64,000 bases of DNA from Leptonemataceae bacterium (GTDB lineage: Bacteria > Spirochaetota > Leptospiria > Leptospirales > Leptonemataceae), in contig CBDETG010000034.1 in assembly GCA_965242745.1 (NCBI GenBank), positions 17,090 through 81,089 of the forward strand, read 5' to 3'. Below are positions 8,795 to 18,547 of the stretch, piece by piece (the first letter of the stretch is position 1; every line of letters starts with the position of its first letter). The notes beneath the pieces were generated by a model. The model searched no databases. It saw only the letters and a program-made list of their open reading frames with translations, and was not told the origin of the DNA. The position numbers and the translations under genes are program-made.

Positions 8795-10108
8795 ATGCGC
8801 TTAGGTAATATGAAGATTGCGTGCGTTTTAGGGGCGAATGGCTCTATGGGCGCAGGCTGTGCCGCTATTTTGGCTGCTTTTGGCTCTATGAAAGTCTATA
8901 TGCTGGCGCGGGACAAAGATAAAGCAAAGCGGGGCATGAAAGCTGCTGTGCGATCCGTGCGTTCTGAGACTTTAGAGCAGCGTATGGAAGCCGGCTCTTA
9001 CGATGAGGACCTTGAAAAAGCAGTAGCCCAAAGTGATTGGGTCTTTGAGTGTGTAGCAGAGTCCTACGACATCAAGGAGAATATCAATAGGCGCATTAAC
9101 CAGGCAAGGCGGCCGGGCACTTTACTATCCACAGTCACTTCGGGCTTGTCTATCAAGCGCCTTGCGTCTTGTTTTGATGAAGACGGCAGAAAGCATTACT
9201 ACGGCACTCATTTTTTTAATCCCCCCTATAAGCTGACACTTTGCGAGCTTGTAAGCCATCCTGAAAATGATCCCGAATATACGCAGGCTCTCAGTCAATA
9301 TTTAAGAACAAGGCTTATGCGTCACGTCATCATAACGAATGACACGCCTGCCTTTGCTGGGAATCGTATAGGCTTTCAGATGATGAATGAAGCAGCGCAG
9401 CTAGCAGAGCAATATCAGGATCAAGGCGGGATTTATCTCTTGGACAGCCTGCTTGGCCCCTATACGGGGCGCGCCATGAGCCCTCTTGCCACTATTGACC
9501 TGGTAGGACTTGATGTGCATAAAGCCATTGTAGATAATATCTATGAGAATACAAAAGACGCTGCCCATAATACCTTCCGTCTCCCTGCCTATATGCAAAA
9601 ACTTATTGCAAAGGGCTTTCTTGGAAACAAAAGCGGCAAGGGCTTGTACTGCTCACGGCAAAAAGAGGATGGGGAAAAAGAGCGCCAAGTCTATCACATT
9701 ACGAAAGACTCTTATGAAGCTTATCCAAGTATTGAGATTCCCTTCAAGAAAGAAATGATACAGGCCATACGTAATGCGGACTATCAAGGAGGGATAGAGA
9801 TTTTCAAATCAGCAAAGGGCCTCGAAGCCGATCTGCTGCGCCGCCTTATCGCCAGGTATATATCTTATAGCTTTTCCTTAATACCAGAGGTCACAGATCA
9901 ACAGGGCATAGATACGGCAATGGGCTTTGGTTTTAGCTGTCTTGCGCCCTCTGCATGGGTAGACCTGCTTGGCGGGCCAGAGGAAAGCTGCCGCTTCCTT
10001 GAAAAGCACAATATGCCCATCCCGCCTTTTTTTGAAGATTGTCCCGAAGGGAAATTCTACAAGCTCCAAGACAGCCTTGATTACCGCTCGCTTTTTCGCG
10101 CTGCCTGA
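8795..10108 (+). CDS. 3-hydroxyacyl-CoA dehydrogenase family protein
   Basis: Rossmann-type KIACVLGANGSMGAG, HFFNPPYKLTLCELV, and C-terminal dehydrogenase domain (GNRIGF). The start may be at 8810. Confidence 0.8.
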   Translation: MRLGNMKIACVLGANGSMGAGCAAILAAFGSMKVYMLARDKDKAKRGMKAAVRSVRSETLEQRMEAGSYDEDLEKAVAQSDWVFECVAESYDIKENINRRINQARRPGTLLSTVTSGLSIKRLASCFDEDGRKHYYGTHFFNPPYKLTLCELVSHPENDPEYTQALSQYLRTRLMRHVIITNDTPAFAGNRIGFQMMNEAAQLAEQYQDQGGIYLLDSLLGPYTGRAMSPLATIDLVGLDVHKAIVDNIYENTKDAAHNTFRLPAYMQKLIAKGFLGNKSGKGLYCSRQKEDGEKERQVYHITKDSYEAYPSIEIPFKKEMIQAIRNADYQGGIEIFKSAKGLEADLLRRLIARYISYSFSLIPEVTDQQGIDTAMGFGFSCLAPSAWVDLLGGPEESCRFLEKHNMPIPPFFEDCPEGKFYKLQDSLDYRSLFRAA

Positions 10109-10147
10109 AAGGCGCGTTCTTAGACTTTCGTTCTTGTCCTAGAGAAG

Positions 10148-10221
10148 GGGGGCTTAGCTCAGTTGGTTAGAGTGTTGCTTTGACATGGCAAAGGTCACTG
10201 GTTCGATCCCAGTAGCTCCCA
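10148..10221 (+). tRNA. tRNA-Val (anticodon GAC)
   Basis: Hand-folded cloverleaf: acceptor GGGGGCT/AGCTCCC, D arm GCTC-AGTTGGTTA-GAGT, anticodon arm TTGCT-TTGACAT-GGCAA, T arm ACTGG-TTCGATC-CCAGT. No encoded CCA. Confidence 0.9.
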
Positions 10222-10291
10222 AGCATAAGATAAGGGCGGGCATGGAAGGCCTGATACAAGCTGCGCATCTTTTCTGGCCCGCAATCCTTTC

Positions 10292-11479
10292 TCAATCTAC
10301 CAAAAGCTGAGGCATAAGAACCAGATCATTACGGTGCACAAGCTCCCGTCTTAACCAAGCATGCTCCTTTTTTCTTTGTTCCAAAGTTTTCTTTTTGGCC
10401 TGCAAGGCCAGCCATGCCATAAGCTCACGGTAGTGGTAATTGACTATGCCTCTTCCAATAGCTCTGCCCTGCTCATCTTCTATCTGTACAACCTCCCCAG
10501 CCCAAAAACGGCCTTTGGCAGAGCGCAAACCCACAGCCAACAAAGAGGCCCCCTGCTCCTCTAAAGCTCTGGCCGCGCCCGTATCTATCACAAGCGTGCC
10601 GCGCGTGCGGGAAAAAAGCAGCCATTTCTTGCGCGCGCTCAGAGCAGTGGGCTTCCCCGCCGGGAACAGCGTCCCTATGTCCTCTCCTTGAAAAAAAGAC
10701 TGCAGCACGCCCTTATTTTTGCCGGGAAGTATAGCGCAGTGTATACCGCTCATGGCGCATAGCTGGGCTGCATGCAGTTTTGCGCTCATACCGCCGCTGC
10801 CGCGCAGCTCAGGGCCTTTGGCTGCTGCCCAATGTTCAGGAAGAATTTTCTCTATAAAAGCAATACGCCTCTTGTGCAGCAGAAATCCCTCTACGGAGCT
10901 GAGAAGCAGGAGATAGTCCGCATGGAAAAGGGCAGCGCAGGCAGCGCTCAGGAAGTCATTTTCACCAAACTGTAGTTCATCTGTGGCAGTTATATCATTC
11001 TCATTGATAATAGGTAAAACTTGAAGCCCTAAAAGCTCACTGATGGCGCCTTTCATGTTCAGGTATGCCCTGCGATCACTAAAATCCCGCGCTGTCAAAA
11101 GCAGCTGAGCTACAGCTATGCCATAGTGGTGAAATATTTTTTGATAAGTCCTCACAAGAGAAGCCTGTCCCAAAGCAGAAAGGGCCTGACGCCTATGCAG
11201 GTTATTTTGCTTCTTTTCTGTTTTAGCTGAAGTATAGCCTGCCAGTTCTTTGGAACCAAGATGGACAGCGCCGCTGGAGACAAGCAGAACCGATATGCCC
11301 TGAGAGCGAAGGAGATGCACCCCATAGCAAAGCTCCCAAAGCGCATCATGATCCACAAAATGGACTTCTTGCGCCGCAGCTTTGCTTTCTTCCTTTGCTA
11401 TAATATTCGTGCCTACTTTAATTACAACACGTTGGACTTTCCCTGCGCATGGGAGCTGCCTTATAGGATTATGTACCAT
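10292..11479 (-). CDS. proB: Glutamate 5-kinase with C-terminal PUA domain
   Basis: VVIKVGTNII, SGGMSAKLHAAQL, and PUA-like LVIDTGAARAL...GEVVQIEDEQGRAIGRGIVNY. Confidence 0.9.
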   Translation of the reverse strand: MVHNPIRQLPCAGKVQRVVIKVGTNIIAKEESKAAAQEVHFVDHDALWELCYGVHLLRSQGISVLLVSSGAVHLGSKELAGYTSAKTEKKQNNLHRRQALSALGQASLVRTYQKIFHHYGIAVAQLLLTARDFSDRRAYLNMKGAISELLGLQVLPIINENDITATDELQFGENDFLSAACAALFHADYLLLLSSVEGFLLHKRRIAFIEKILPEHWAAAKGPELRGSGGMSAKLHAAQLCAMSGIHCAILPGKNKGVLQSFFQGEDIGTLFPAGKPTALSARKKWLLFSRTRGTLVIDTGAARALEEQGASLLAVGLRSAKGRFWAGEVVQIEDEQGRAIGRGIVNYHYRELMAWLALQAKKKTLEQRKKEHAWLRRELVHRNDLVLMPQLLVD

Positions 11480-11594
11480 ACTATAAGCTGCAGCTTAGGG
11501 CGCAGGCAAGGCAGGCCGCTGCAGCAGCTTGAAACATTCGCAAAAAGCCTTGTTGCGAGACTGCCTAAATAAGGGCCTAGTTTTGAGACCGGCT

Positions 11595-12667
11595 CTAAGA
11601 ATTTTGCAAGTCTTGCTCAGCTTGGCTTGCCTCAGGGAAAAAAGCAAAAAGCTGCTCCACTAAACTGTCGAGGCCCTGCCTTTCTTTAGCTGAGATAAAA
11701 AGGACGCGGGGGGGCGGGGAATTAGGCCAAAGCTCCCTTGCCTGAAGTCTGCTTTGTATCTCCTCCTGGAGAGCTTTATCGTAATCTATGAGATCACATT
11801 TGTTAATGGCAAGCAGGCTCTTCTTTTGCAGCAACTCTTTTTTGTAGCTGCGTAATTCTTCCTGCAAAAGCTGCAGCTCTTCTTCAAAGGAAAAACGTTC
11901 TCCATCAAGGAGATAGACGATAGCATGCACGCGTTCCATGTGTTTTAGAAAAGACAGCCCCAAGCCCTGCCCGCAGCTTGCTCCTTTGATAATGCCGGGG
12001 ATATCCGCCAGATATAAGCGGCGATGATCTTCATTACGCACAAGACCTATATTAGGCAGAAGCGTGGTAAAGGGATAAGATGCGATTTTGCCCTTTTTCT
12101 CTGATAAGGCGGCAACTAAGCTTGTTTTCCCTGCGTTTGGCATGCCTGCTAAGCCCACGTCCGCCAGAAGTTTTAGGCGCAAAGTAAGTATCGCTTCCTC
12201 TCCCGGCTCTCCCGGCTGCGCATATTCCGGCTTTTGTCGCGTGGCTGTAGCAAAGTTATGATTCCCCAAACCGCCCTGGCCTCCTTTAGCAGCAAGGCAC
12301 AAGGCGCCAGACTCGTCCAAATCCGCTATATGTTCTTCTATTATGGCATCCGGCTGGTCGTGGGATGCTTTTCTTTTGATGACTTCCGTGCCTAGGGGAA
12401 CGTAGAGCTGCAGTGACTTCCCGTTTTGCCCGCTTTGCTTTCTGGAGCGGCCGTCCTGGCCCTTAGAGGCTTTGTAGCGCTTTTGTCTTAAGAGTTTTGC
12501 CAGAGTGTTTAAAGAAGGGTGGGAACATAAATATACATCCCCCCCCCTGCCCCCGTTGCCTCCATCTGGTCCACCCAAAGGCCTGTATTTTTCTCTGGCA
12601 AAACTTAGGCAACCCTTCCCCCCCTGCCACCATGAATATGGATTTGCACCTCGTCAACAAACTTCAT
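11595..12667 (-). CDS. obg: GTPase Obg/CgtA, reading frame interrupted at a G7 run
   Basis: Tracked ORF 11595-12578 starts inside the Obg fold ([16 protein letters not shown]) and carries G1-G4 motifs (GMPNAGKTS, DIPG, NKCD). The canonical N-terminus MKFVDEVQIHIHGGRGG starts at 12667 in another frame. [20 protein letters not shown] is reached only by a +1 shift at C7 (plus strand 12618-12624). Confidence 0.85.
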
Positions 12668-12731
12668 TGGACACCTGAAGAAAAGAGCCGGCAATAGACG
12701 GGATTAGAACGCAAAGCACAAGGGCTCTCAT

Positions 12732-14303
12732 CTACTCCTTTTGGAGCACGCTCAGCAGTTTTTCAGGGCTCTCGGGATCACTTTTAGCCTCTGTTGCTAT
12801 GTTTTTCAGGGCTGTGATGTCGATGAGCTTTGCATCGAAAGCTGCCAGCGCCATCTCCCAGCCCTGCCCGCATAAAAGAGGCCGGCATACAAGATCGCTT
12901 TTTTCATATAATTCTCTCAAAGATGGCGGGAGGGCAAAGCAAATCAACTCATCCATGTATTTTTGGTCAAAAGGCCTGGCGCTGGCTGCGTTCTGGCCGG
13001 CTGCTTTTTTATCTTTGTCGGCTCCCTTAGCTGCATGGTTGATCCACACAGCAGATACAGGGTTTACAGAGCCATGCAGCCTGCTATTTTCCTGACTTAG
13101 CCGGAATACCTTTGCTGCAGTCTCAGGAGTAATCACTTCTCTGCCAAGAAAGCGCATATCCCGCAGGTAGGCTCTCAGCTCCTTTGCAGACAATATCTTC
13201 TGCACAAAGAACTGGTATAAAGTAAATACAAAAAAGTCACTATCCGTATTATCGCCCACAAGTATCTCCCTTGCTCCAGTCGGCTGCATCAATCGATTTT
13301 GTAAAAGCATTTCCAGCTTATAGCCTACGTTATCAATAAAGGAATAGACATGCGTGCTGACATATTTAGCCATCGCTTCCAAAAAAGAACGCAGATCACC
13401 CTTGAGATACTTAGGGAAGCCGGAGCTCAATTCCCAGAGCTTTCCTCCTATCTTGCTAAAAAAACCTATAAGATCGATATATTTCAGATAGACAGCGTCA
13501 AAGCGCATATTGCTTTGCGCAAAAAAACTAAACATAGTGCGATAAAAGCAATGAGGAGATGCAGAAAGCAGGAAAAAGGCTTTGGCCCCTGTTTCACAAC
13601 GACTCAGCTCTCTATAAAGAGCCGGCATCCCATTGATAAATTGCTTGTCTTTAGGCCGATCCAGGAGCGTAGCTGCAAGGGATAAATATTCACCTATGGG
13701 AGTGCGCACCAAGCTTTGATCCAAATCTGAAATTAACACGTGCCCTTGAAAATCCGCTTCCAGGACGTGGAGTTTCCCATAACCCACGCAAATATTACTC
13801 TGCAAGGTTTGCTTATTTCTTTTACGAAGGTACTGCAAGTCCTTTAGGCTTTGGCGTAAAGAGGCAATTTTTACTAAAGTAATGCGCAATACATAGAAAG
13901 AACTTTGGAGATCCGCATCCAAAGGACAGGAAAAAAACCCATTTGCATCCGTGCGGAATTCAGGTGAACAAAAAAGCGCCTTATAGCTTTGCGCCTTGCT
14001 TTCATCAAAATCCTTCGGCTGAATATCTAAAACCTCTAACTTCAAGATCGCTCCCTGAACAGAAGCAATCATGAGGTCTTCCAAAGGACGTATCCTTTCC
14101 TGAGCAGACAGTGGCAGAGATAAGAAGGGATCCCACTTCTCTTCCAGGTCTAGGTCTTGCGGAGGAATAGGAAAATCCAGCAGCTGGCCGCAGCATTGCA
14201 GGCGTCTGGCTTGGCCGCAGGCGCCTTCCATAAGAACAGCCCGGCGGTACTGCGTGGAGCTGTCCTTGAGAACAGACAACATCCTTAATATAGAAGCGGG
14301 CAA
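12732..14303 (-). CDS. Hypothetical protein, possibly App1/DUF2183-like HAD-type phosphatase
   Basis: VLISDLDQSLV (DxDxx-like) and ILVGDNTDSDFFVF resemble the two App1-family motifs. The assignment is weak. Confidence 0.35.
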   Translation of the reverse strand: MPASILRMLSVLKDSSTQYRRAVLMEGACGQARRLQCCGQLLDFPIPPQDLDLEEKWDPFLSLPLSAQERIRPLEDLMIASVQGAILKLEVLDIQPKDFDESKAQSYKALFCSPEFRTDANGFFSCPLDADLQSSFYVLRITLVKIASLRQSLKDLQYLRKRNKQTLQSNICVGYGKLHVLEADFQGHVLISDLDQSLVRTPIGEYLSLAATLLDRPKDKQFINGMPALYRELSRCETGAKAFFLLSASPHCFYRTMFSFFAQSNMRFDAVYLKYIDLIGFFSKIGGKLWELSSGFPKYLKGDLRSFLEAMAKYVSTHVYSFIDNVGYKLEMLLQNRLMQPTGAREILVGDNTDSDFFVFTLYQFFVQKILSAKELRAYLRDMRFLGREVITPETAAKVFRLSQENSRLHGSVNPVSAVWINHAAKGADKDKKAAGQNAASARPFDQKYMDELICFALPPSLRELYEKSDLVCRPLLCGQGWEMALAAFDAKLIDITALKNIATEAKSDPESPEKLLSVLQKE

Positions 14304-14563
14304 GGGAGCAAAGTGTCAAGTACTTTAAGGTAAAAGAGTATACAAGCAAAGATCATTTTCTTTTCTAATCTAAGATTTTTCTCATGTATGGGCATAAAAA
14401 CTTATACAGTTTTTGATGACACGTAATAAGCGCATGGCTTGGAATAGCTTCTAGTATTCTAAAGAAGAAGGCGGGCCTATCTAAAGGCCCGGCAAAAAAT
14501 TTTAAGTTATCGGAGCGAAGGCCTATAAGTAAAACACTTAGAGGCCTTCTATAACACATGTTC

Positions 14564-16249
14564 TTATATTTTTTCAGACGTGCTGGGAATTGCAAGTGTT
14601 TTTTTCTTCGGCAATACATGGCACAGCAAGGCTATCAACATTGGCAAAGCAGCAAGCAATCCCAGAGTAATCACGATACTCCAAGCAGAAAACAGCAGAG
14701 CTTTGCGTTCATAACGCGCTAAGTCCGTATCAAATCCTATAATTTCTCCCTCCTCGTCACGGCGTATTAGGAGCCTCCAGTGGTCCATTTTTACAGCGCC
14801 GCGGGCTATATAAAGGTCTCTTCGGACAGGATAAAGGCGAACAAAATTTTCCTTTTCCAACAAACTGGATAATTCTATAACATTCCCCACAGGGCGTATT
14901 TGGAGCTCATTGAGAAAATCAAAGCTTTCGTATAATTTTGGCATAACATTGACGGGGCGATAATAGCCCTGCAATTCCTGAGCTGCCTCTGCCTTTGGGG
15001 CGATCTCCCGAAGCTCATTCTCAGAGTTTGCGATTCCATACAAGGCATACAAGTGCGACCTAATTTCATAGAGGGCAAAGAGATCGTTCTTGTTGGATAA
15101 AAGCACAGCGCCCTGCCCTCCTTTGCTGATAAAGGCAAGGCCAGCATAGCCGGGCATGGAATTTTCTATATAAAAGACATCACTTGTGCGCAAATGCGCA
15201 GCGCCGCCATCGACGCTATACAAGACAGGCTTATGAAAAAAAAGGCCGTAGGACGTGCCTCCCAAGTCTTTGTCATATTGAAAATGCTTTTGCAAAAAAA
15301 GAGCCTCTACAGAAGCCGTGTCGCTCTTGGCTTTCTTCCATAACCGTAGAAGAAAACGCGCATATTCCCTGCTTTGGCTGTAGAGTGAAGATGCAGCAGG
15401 GAAAGGAAAGTGCAGCTGAGGCATGGGAAAGTAGCGGCTCTTTGCCTTAGTCTTGGCCTTCCTACTCTGCTTCATTTGCAGGCCCGTCAATGGCTCAGCA
15501 AGCCTGTAAGGCTTTGTACAATATTTGAGCAAAAGACAGCTGCGCATCAGACCTATCTTTTGCAATCGCCTTTGAAAAAGAACAGGGAAGGCCTCGCCCC
15601 TAAGCGCCTCACTTATTTGCGCAAGATAGGCGTAGTTATAGGACGAAATGCCTATCTCACTTCCCGGCTTGCTTTGCGCATAAAGCGCTTGCCTTATAGA
15701 AGGAGAAGCCGTGTCGGCGCTGCGTATATAAGGGGGAGCCGGCGGCCAGCCAGAAGTCATGTTTAGCAAGTGCCCTAAAGCCAAGCCCTCCCCCTTTTTC
15801 ACAGCCTTGTTTTGCACATAAGATAAGACAGCAGCTGCGCCTTTATGAGTCTGAGCAGGGTCCAGCACGGGCACGGGGCTGGCTAAAAATCGCTCCAAGC
15901 TTTCACTGCCTTGCCTTTTTTCCCATAAACTGAGGAGACTTACGTATGCTGTCAAGGGCCAAACCAAATTCCCAGCTTGGAAGAGGCTCTGCGGCCCCAC
16001 TTTTTCTTTTTTATTTTGGGAGGCGTAGCCATAGGAGCGCTCCCGCCAAAAACCCGGGCCAAAGAACGTAAGCTGCAGGCCTGGCACGGCTCTTTTTTCT
16101 AGTATGGCGGGAATCTTCTCATCTAAGAAGTCATCCCAATGCTCTGGGTTTATGGCTTTGGAATGCTTTTTTAGGCCTTGCTTGTAAGGCTGAGCAGAGA
16201 GCGCAGCAAGCGTGCAAGCAAAGACGCAGAGGCAGGAGTATAGGCGCAT
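14564..16249 (-). CDS. Beta-lactamase/serine-hydrolase-fold protein with signal peptide and C-terminal TM anchor; catalytic SxxK apparently degenerate
   Basis: N-terminal signal (LCVFACTLAALSAQ). Family-like GPQSLFQAGNLVWPLTAYV stands where F.xxSxxKxxTA is expected. C-terminal hydrophobic helix. Confidence 0.5.
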   Translation of the reverse strand: MRLYSCLCVFACTLAALSAQPYKQGLKKHSKAINPEHWDDFLDEKIPAILEKRAVPGLQLTFFGPGFWRERSYGYASQNKKEKVGPQSLFQAGNLVWPLTAYVSLLSLWEKRQGSESLERFLASPVPVLDPAQTHKGAAAVLSYVQNKAVKKGEGLALGHLLNMTSGWPPAPPYIRSADTASPSIRQALYAQSKPGSEIGISSYNYAYLAQISEALRGEAFPVLFQRRLQKIGLMRSCLLLKYCTKPYRLAEPLTGLQMKQSRKAKTKAKSRYFPMPQLHFPFPAASSLYSQSREYARFLLRLWKKAKSDTASVEALFLQKHFQYDKDLGGTSYGLFFHKPVLYSVDGGAAHLRTSDVFYIENSMPGYAGLAFISKGGQGAVLLSNKNDLFALYEIRSHLYALYGIANSENELREIAPKAEAAQELQGYYRPVNVMPKLYESFDFLNELQIRPVGNVIELSSLLEKENFVRLYPVRRDLYIARGAVKMDHWRLLIRRDEEGEIIGFDTDLARYERKALLFSAWSIVITLGLLAALPMLIALLCHVLPKKKTLAIPSTSEKI

Positions 16250-16254
16250 AGAGT

Positions 16255-16836
16255 CTACCTGAAATCCTTTGCCTGCAGCAAACTTGCTAAGCTGATGCCT
16301 TCTTTAGCGAGGGCTTCCTTTGCCCCTTCCTGTCTGTCTATAATACTAATGCAATAGCGCACCCGAAAACCTGCAGAGCGAAAAGCTGCCGCTGCCGCCA
16401 AAGAAGAGGAGCCTGTAGTAAGCGTGTCATCCACAAGCAGGACTTCTTCTACCTCCTGTGGGAGAAATTCAGCTTCTACCTGCTTTGCTATGCCGTGCCC
16501 TTTGCTCTGCTTGCGGACAATGGCAGGATACACAAGCTCGCCCGCATCCAAGTAGGCAAAGCTCAATGCGTATGCAATAGGGTCAGCTCCCAAAGTCATG
16601 CCGCCCACAGCACGGGGAAGGGGCAGGCCATGTTCTGGAATAAGCTCATCACGCATGGCTTCCGCTACAAGTTTGAGGCGCGTAGGATAAAGGCTGAGTT
16701 TTTTACAATTATAGTAATGCTGGGACCTTTTTCCTGAAGCCAGAAGAAAGCCTTCTTTACGAAACTGGTAGACATGCTCCTTTGCCAAAGCTAAAAGCTG
16801 CCGGCGCAAGGGGCCCATGCCAGAGGATGCTTTCAT
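16255..16836 (-). CDS. pyrE: Orotate phosphoribosyltransferase
   Basis: PRPP-binding loop VLLVDDTLTTGSS and LASGKRSQHYYNCK. Confidence 0.9.
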   Translation of the reverse strand: MKASSGMGPLRRQLLALAKEHVYQFRKEGFLLASGKRSQHYYNCKKLSLYPTRLKLVAEAMRDELIPEHGLPLPRAVGGMTLGADPIAYALSFAYLDAGELVYPAIVRKQSKGHGIAKQVEAEFLPQEVEEVLLVDDTLTTGSSSLAAAAAFRSAGFRVRYCISIIDRQEGAKEALAKEGISLASLLQAKDFR

Positions 16837-17321
16837 TCGAGTCTCCCTTTGCTCTGCTTTGCTTTTTTCTTTGATGAGCCTCTGCGCTTTTGCAAGGCCT
16901 TTGTCTCTGGCTTTTCTAAAACAGGCCAGGGCTCAGATTCGTGCTTAGGATCAAGGCGGCCCATGTCTTGCATCTTAAGCTTCACAGCAAAGAGATCATG
17001 AAAGAAGCGGCTGTCCCTAAAGTTTTGGCTAAACACGCGGACTCTGGATAAGGGCTGCGCTCTGGAAGGCGGGTGAAAGATGATCTTGCAGAGGCTACCA
17101 GCTGGCAAGAGCCTCAGGATCATACCTTGCTGACCTTCCTTGCGCTCGTCAAAAACCTTCTCTACGCGAAAGCCCTGCTTCCTGCGTCCCATTTCGTCTA
17201 AAAACTCTTGCAGTATCTGCGCAATGGACTTCTTCGACTCATAGCTGCGCCATTCTGCAAGGAGAGGGCTCCAGCAGACAAAAGACAAAAAGGCAAAGCA
17301 ACAGAAATGTTTTTGCATCAT
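16833..17321 (-). CDS. Hypothetical secreted protein (162 aa)
   Basis: Signal-like N-terminus. Its stop overlaps the pyrE start (ATGA). Confidence 0.55.
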   Translation of the reverse strand: MMQKHFCCFAFLSFVCWSPLLAEWRSYESKKSIAQILQEFLDEMGRRKQGFRVEKVFDERKEGQQGMILRLLPAGSLCKIIFHPPSRAQPLSRVRVFSQNFRDSRFFHDLFAVKLKMQDMGRLDPKHESEPWPVLEKPETKALQKRRGSSKKKAKQSKGRLE

Positions 17322-17375
17322 CCAAGCAAAGAAGCGCTGGGAAAGCCGCCGTACTAAAAAAGACGCTCTGCCGGA

Positions 17376-17792
17376 TTAGGGCCTAGCATGCAAGCCTATG
17401 CGGTTCCCTTCGCTATCTAAGAAGATCGCCACAAAACCATACTCGCCTATGCTAAATTTTTCTCTGAGAATTTTCGCTTCTTTCTCACGCGCCCGATCCA
17501 GGACAAGATCCACGTCTAAGACGCTAAAATAGATCATAACCCCCTTTTTAGAAGAGGGCTCATAATCCGGCCCTTGCATCAGAGTCCCTGTTGCGCCTGG
17601 CGCCTGCTCCAGCATGGGGAACCAAGCCATGTTGTCTTCGCCCATCTTGTGCTCCTCAAGTTCGACTTGAAAAACATATTCGTAAAAGGCCTTCGCCCTT
17701 CCCATATCGCTGACAGGTATTTCAAACCAGCCTACATTGTGATAGTGTGTACTCATGTTGCGCAGTCTCTTAGGATCACCGAATTTTGTCAA
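17376..17792 (-). CDS. VOC (glyoxalase/bleomycin-resistance/dioxygenase) family protein
   Basis: HNVGWFEIPVSDMGRAKAFYEYVF ... FLDSEGNRIGLH. Confidence 0.75.
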   Translation of the reverse strand: MTKFGDPKRLRNMSTHYHNVGWFEIPVSDMGRAKAFYEYVFQVELEEHKMGEDNMAWFPMLEQAPGATGTLMQGPDYEPSSKKGVMIYFSVLDVDLVLDRAREKEAKILREKFSIGEYGFVAIFLDSEGNRIGLHARP

Positions 17793-18089
17793 GCAAGTTT
17801 TGCTCTCCTGTTATTGCAACCGGGATCAAATTGATCCTTCAGTCTGACTTTAGGACACTTTTAGCAAATTCTGGCTGTAGACTTCACGGGCAAATCAAAA
17901 AAAGCTTGCTTACTGCATCTCTTGAAACGACACTGGCCTTAGCGCATGATTGTCTGGCACAGCAGAGTCTCTTATTTACGTTACTCTATAGGCCGGGCAA
18001 ATTTAGGAGCGCTTCCTTCACCTGCATATAGCCCTTAAGGAACAAATGCTTATGATAGACAAAAGATTTGCAGGCTTTTCTTCTTAGCT

Positions 18090-18524
18090 TTGACTTGTGG
18101 TCTTGCCTTATTATGCTTAAGCGCTTGTGAGGGCCTTCGTACACAAACTCTTAAAAAACTTTCTGTAGAGCTTGCTCATTATCGCATAAAAGTAGAGCTT
18201 GCCGCCACTGCTAAGAGCAGACAAAGAGGTCTTATGTATCGCTCTAAACTAGACGCCAATGAGGGCATGCTGTTTGTTTTCCCATATCCTCATAAGCCTG
18301 CCTTTTGGATGAAAAACACGTTTATCCCCCTGGACTTAGGCTACTTTAGCCCTGAGGCAAGGCTTATAGAATACTTTACTATGCAGCCTGGACAATGGGA
18401 AAAAGACCTACCCTGCCTCACAGCTCACGCTCTATGCCTTAGAACTTAACGCGGGGTGGCTTCAAAACACAACATACGAAAGGGCGCTCAGCTCAAGCTT
18501 CCCTATAAAATCCACGGGCGCTAG
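18090..18524 (+). pseudogene. DUF192 (COG1430) family gene, frame broken twice
   Basis: Frame 0 gives RQRGLMYRSKLDANEGMLFVFPYPHKPAFWMKNTFIPLDLGYF and stops at 18449. The canonical C-terminal YALELNAGW is in frame +1 (18409-18465). KHNIRKGAQLKLPYKIHGR* is back in frame 0. The shifts lie next to A5 (18400-18404) and A4 (18464-18467). Confidence 0.7.
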
Positions 18525-18547
18525 GACAGCGCTGCTGCGTAAAAAGC

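Noticed and set aside
8760-8795. TTGACA ... TGGTAAAAT promoter-like hexamers upstream of the 3-hydroxyacyl-CoA dehydrogenase gene
   Set aside because: The spacing between the -35-like and -10-like elements is ~25 nt, too long for a sigma-70 promoter. The -10-like element also overlaps the first candidate ATG.
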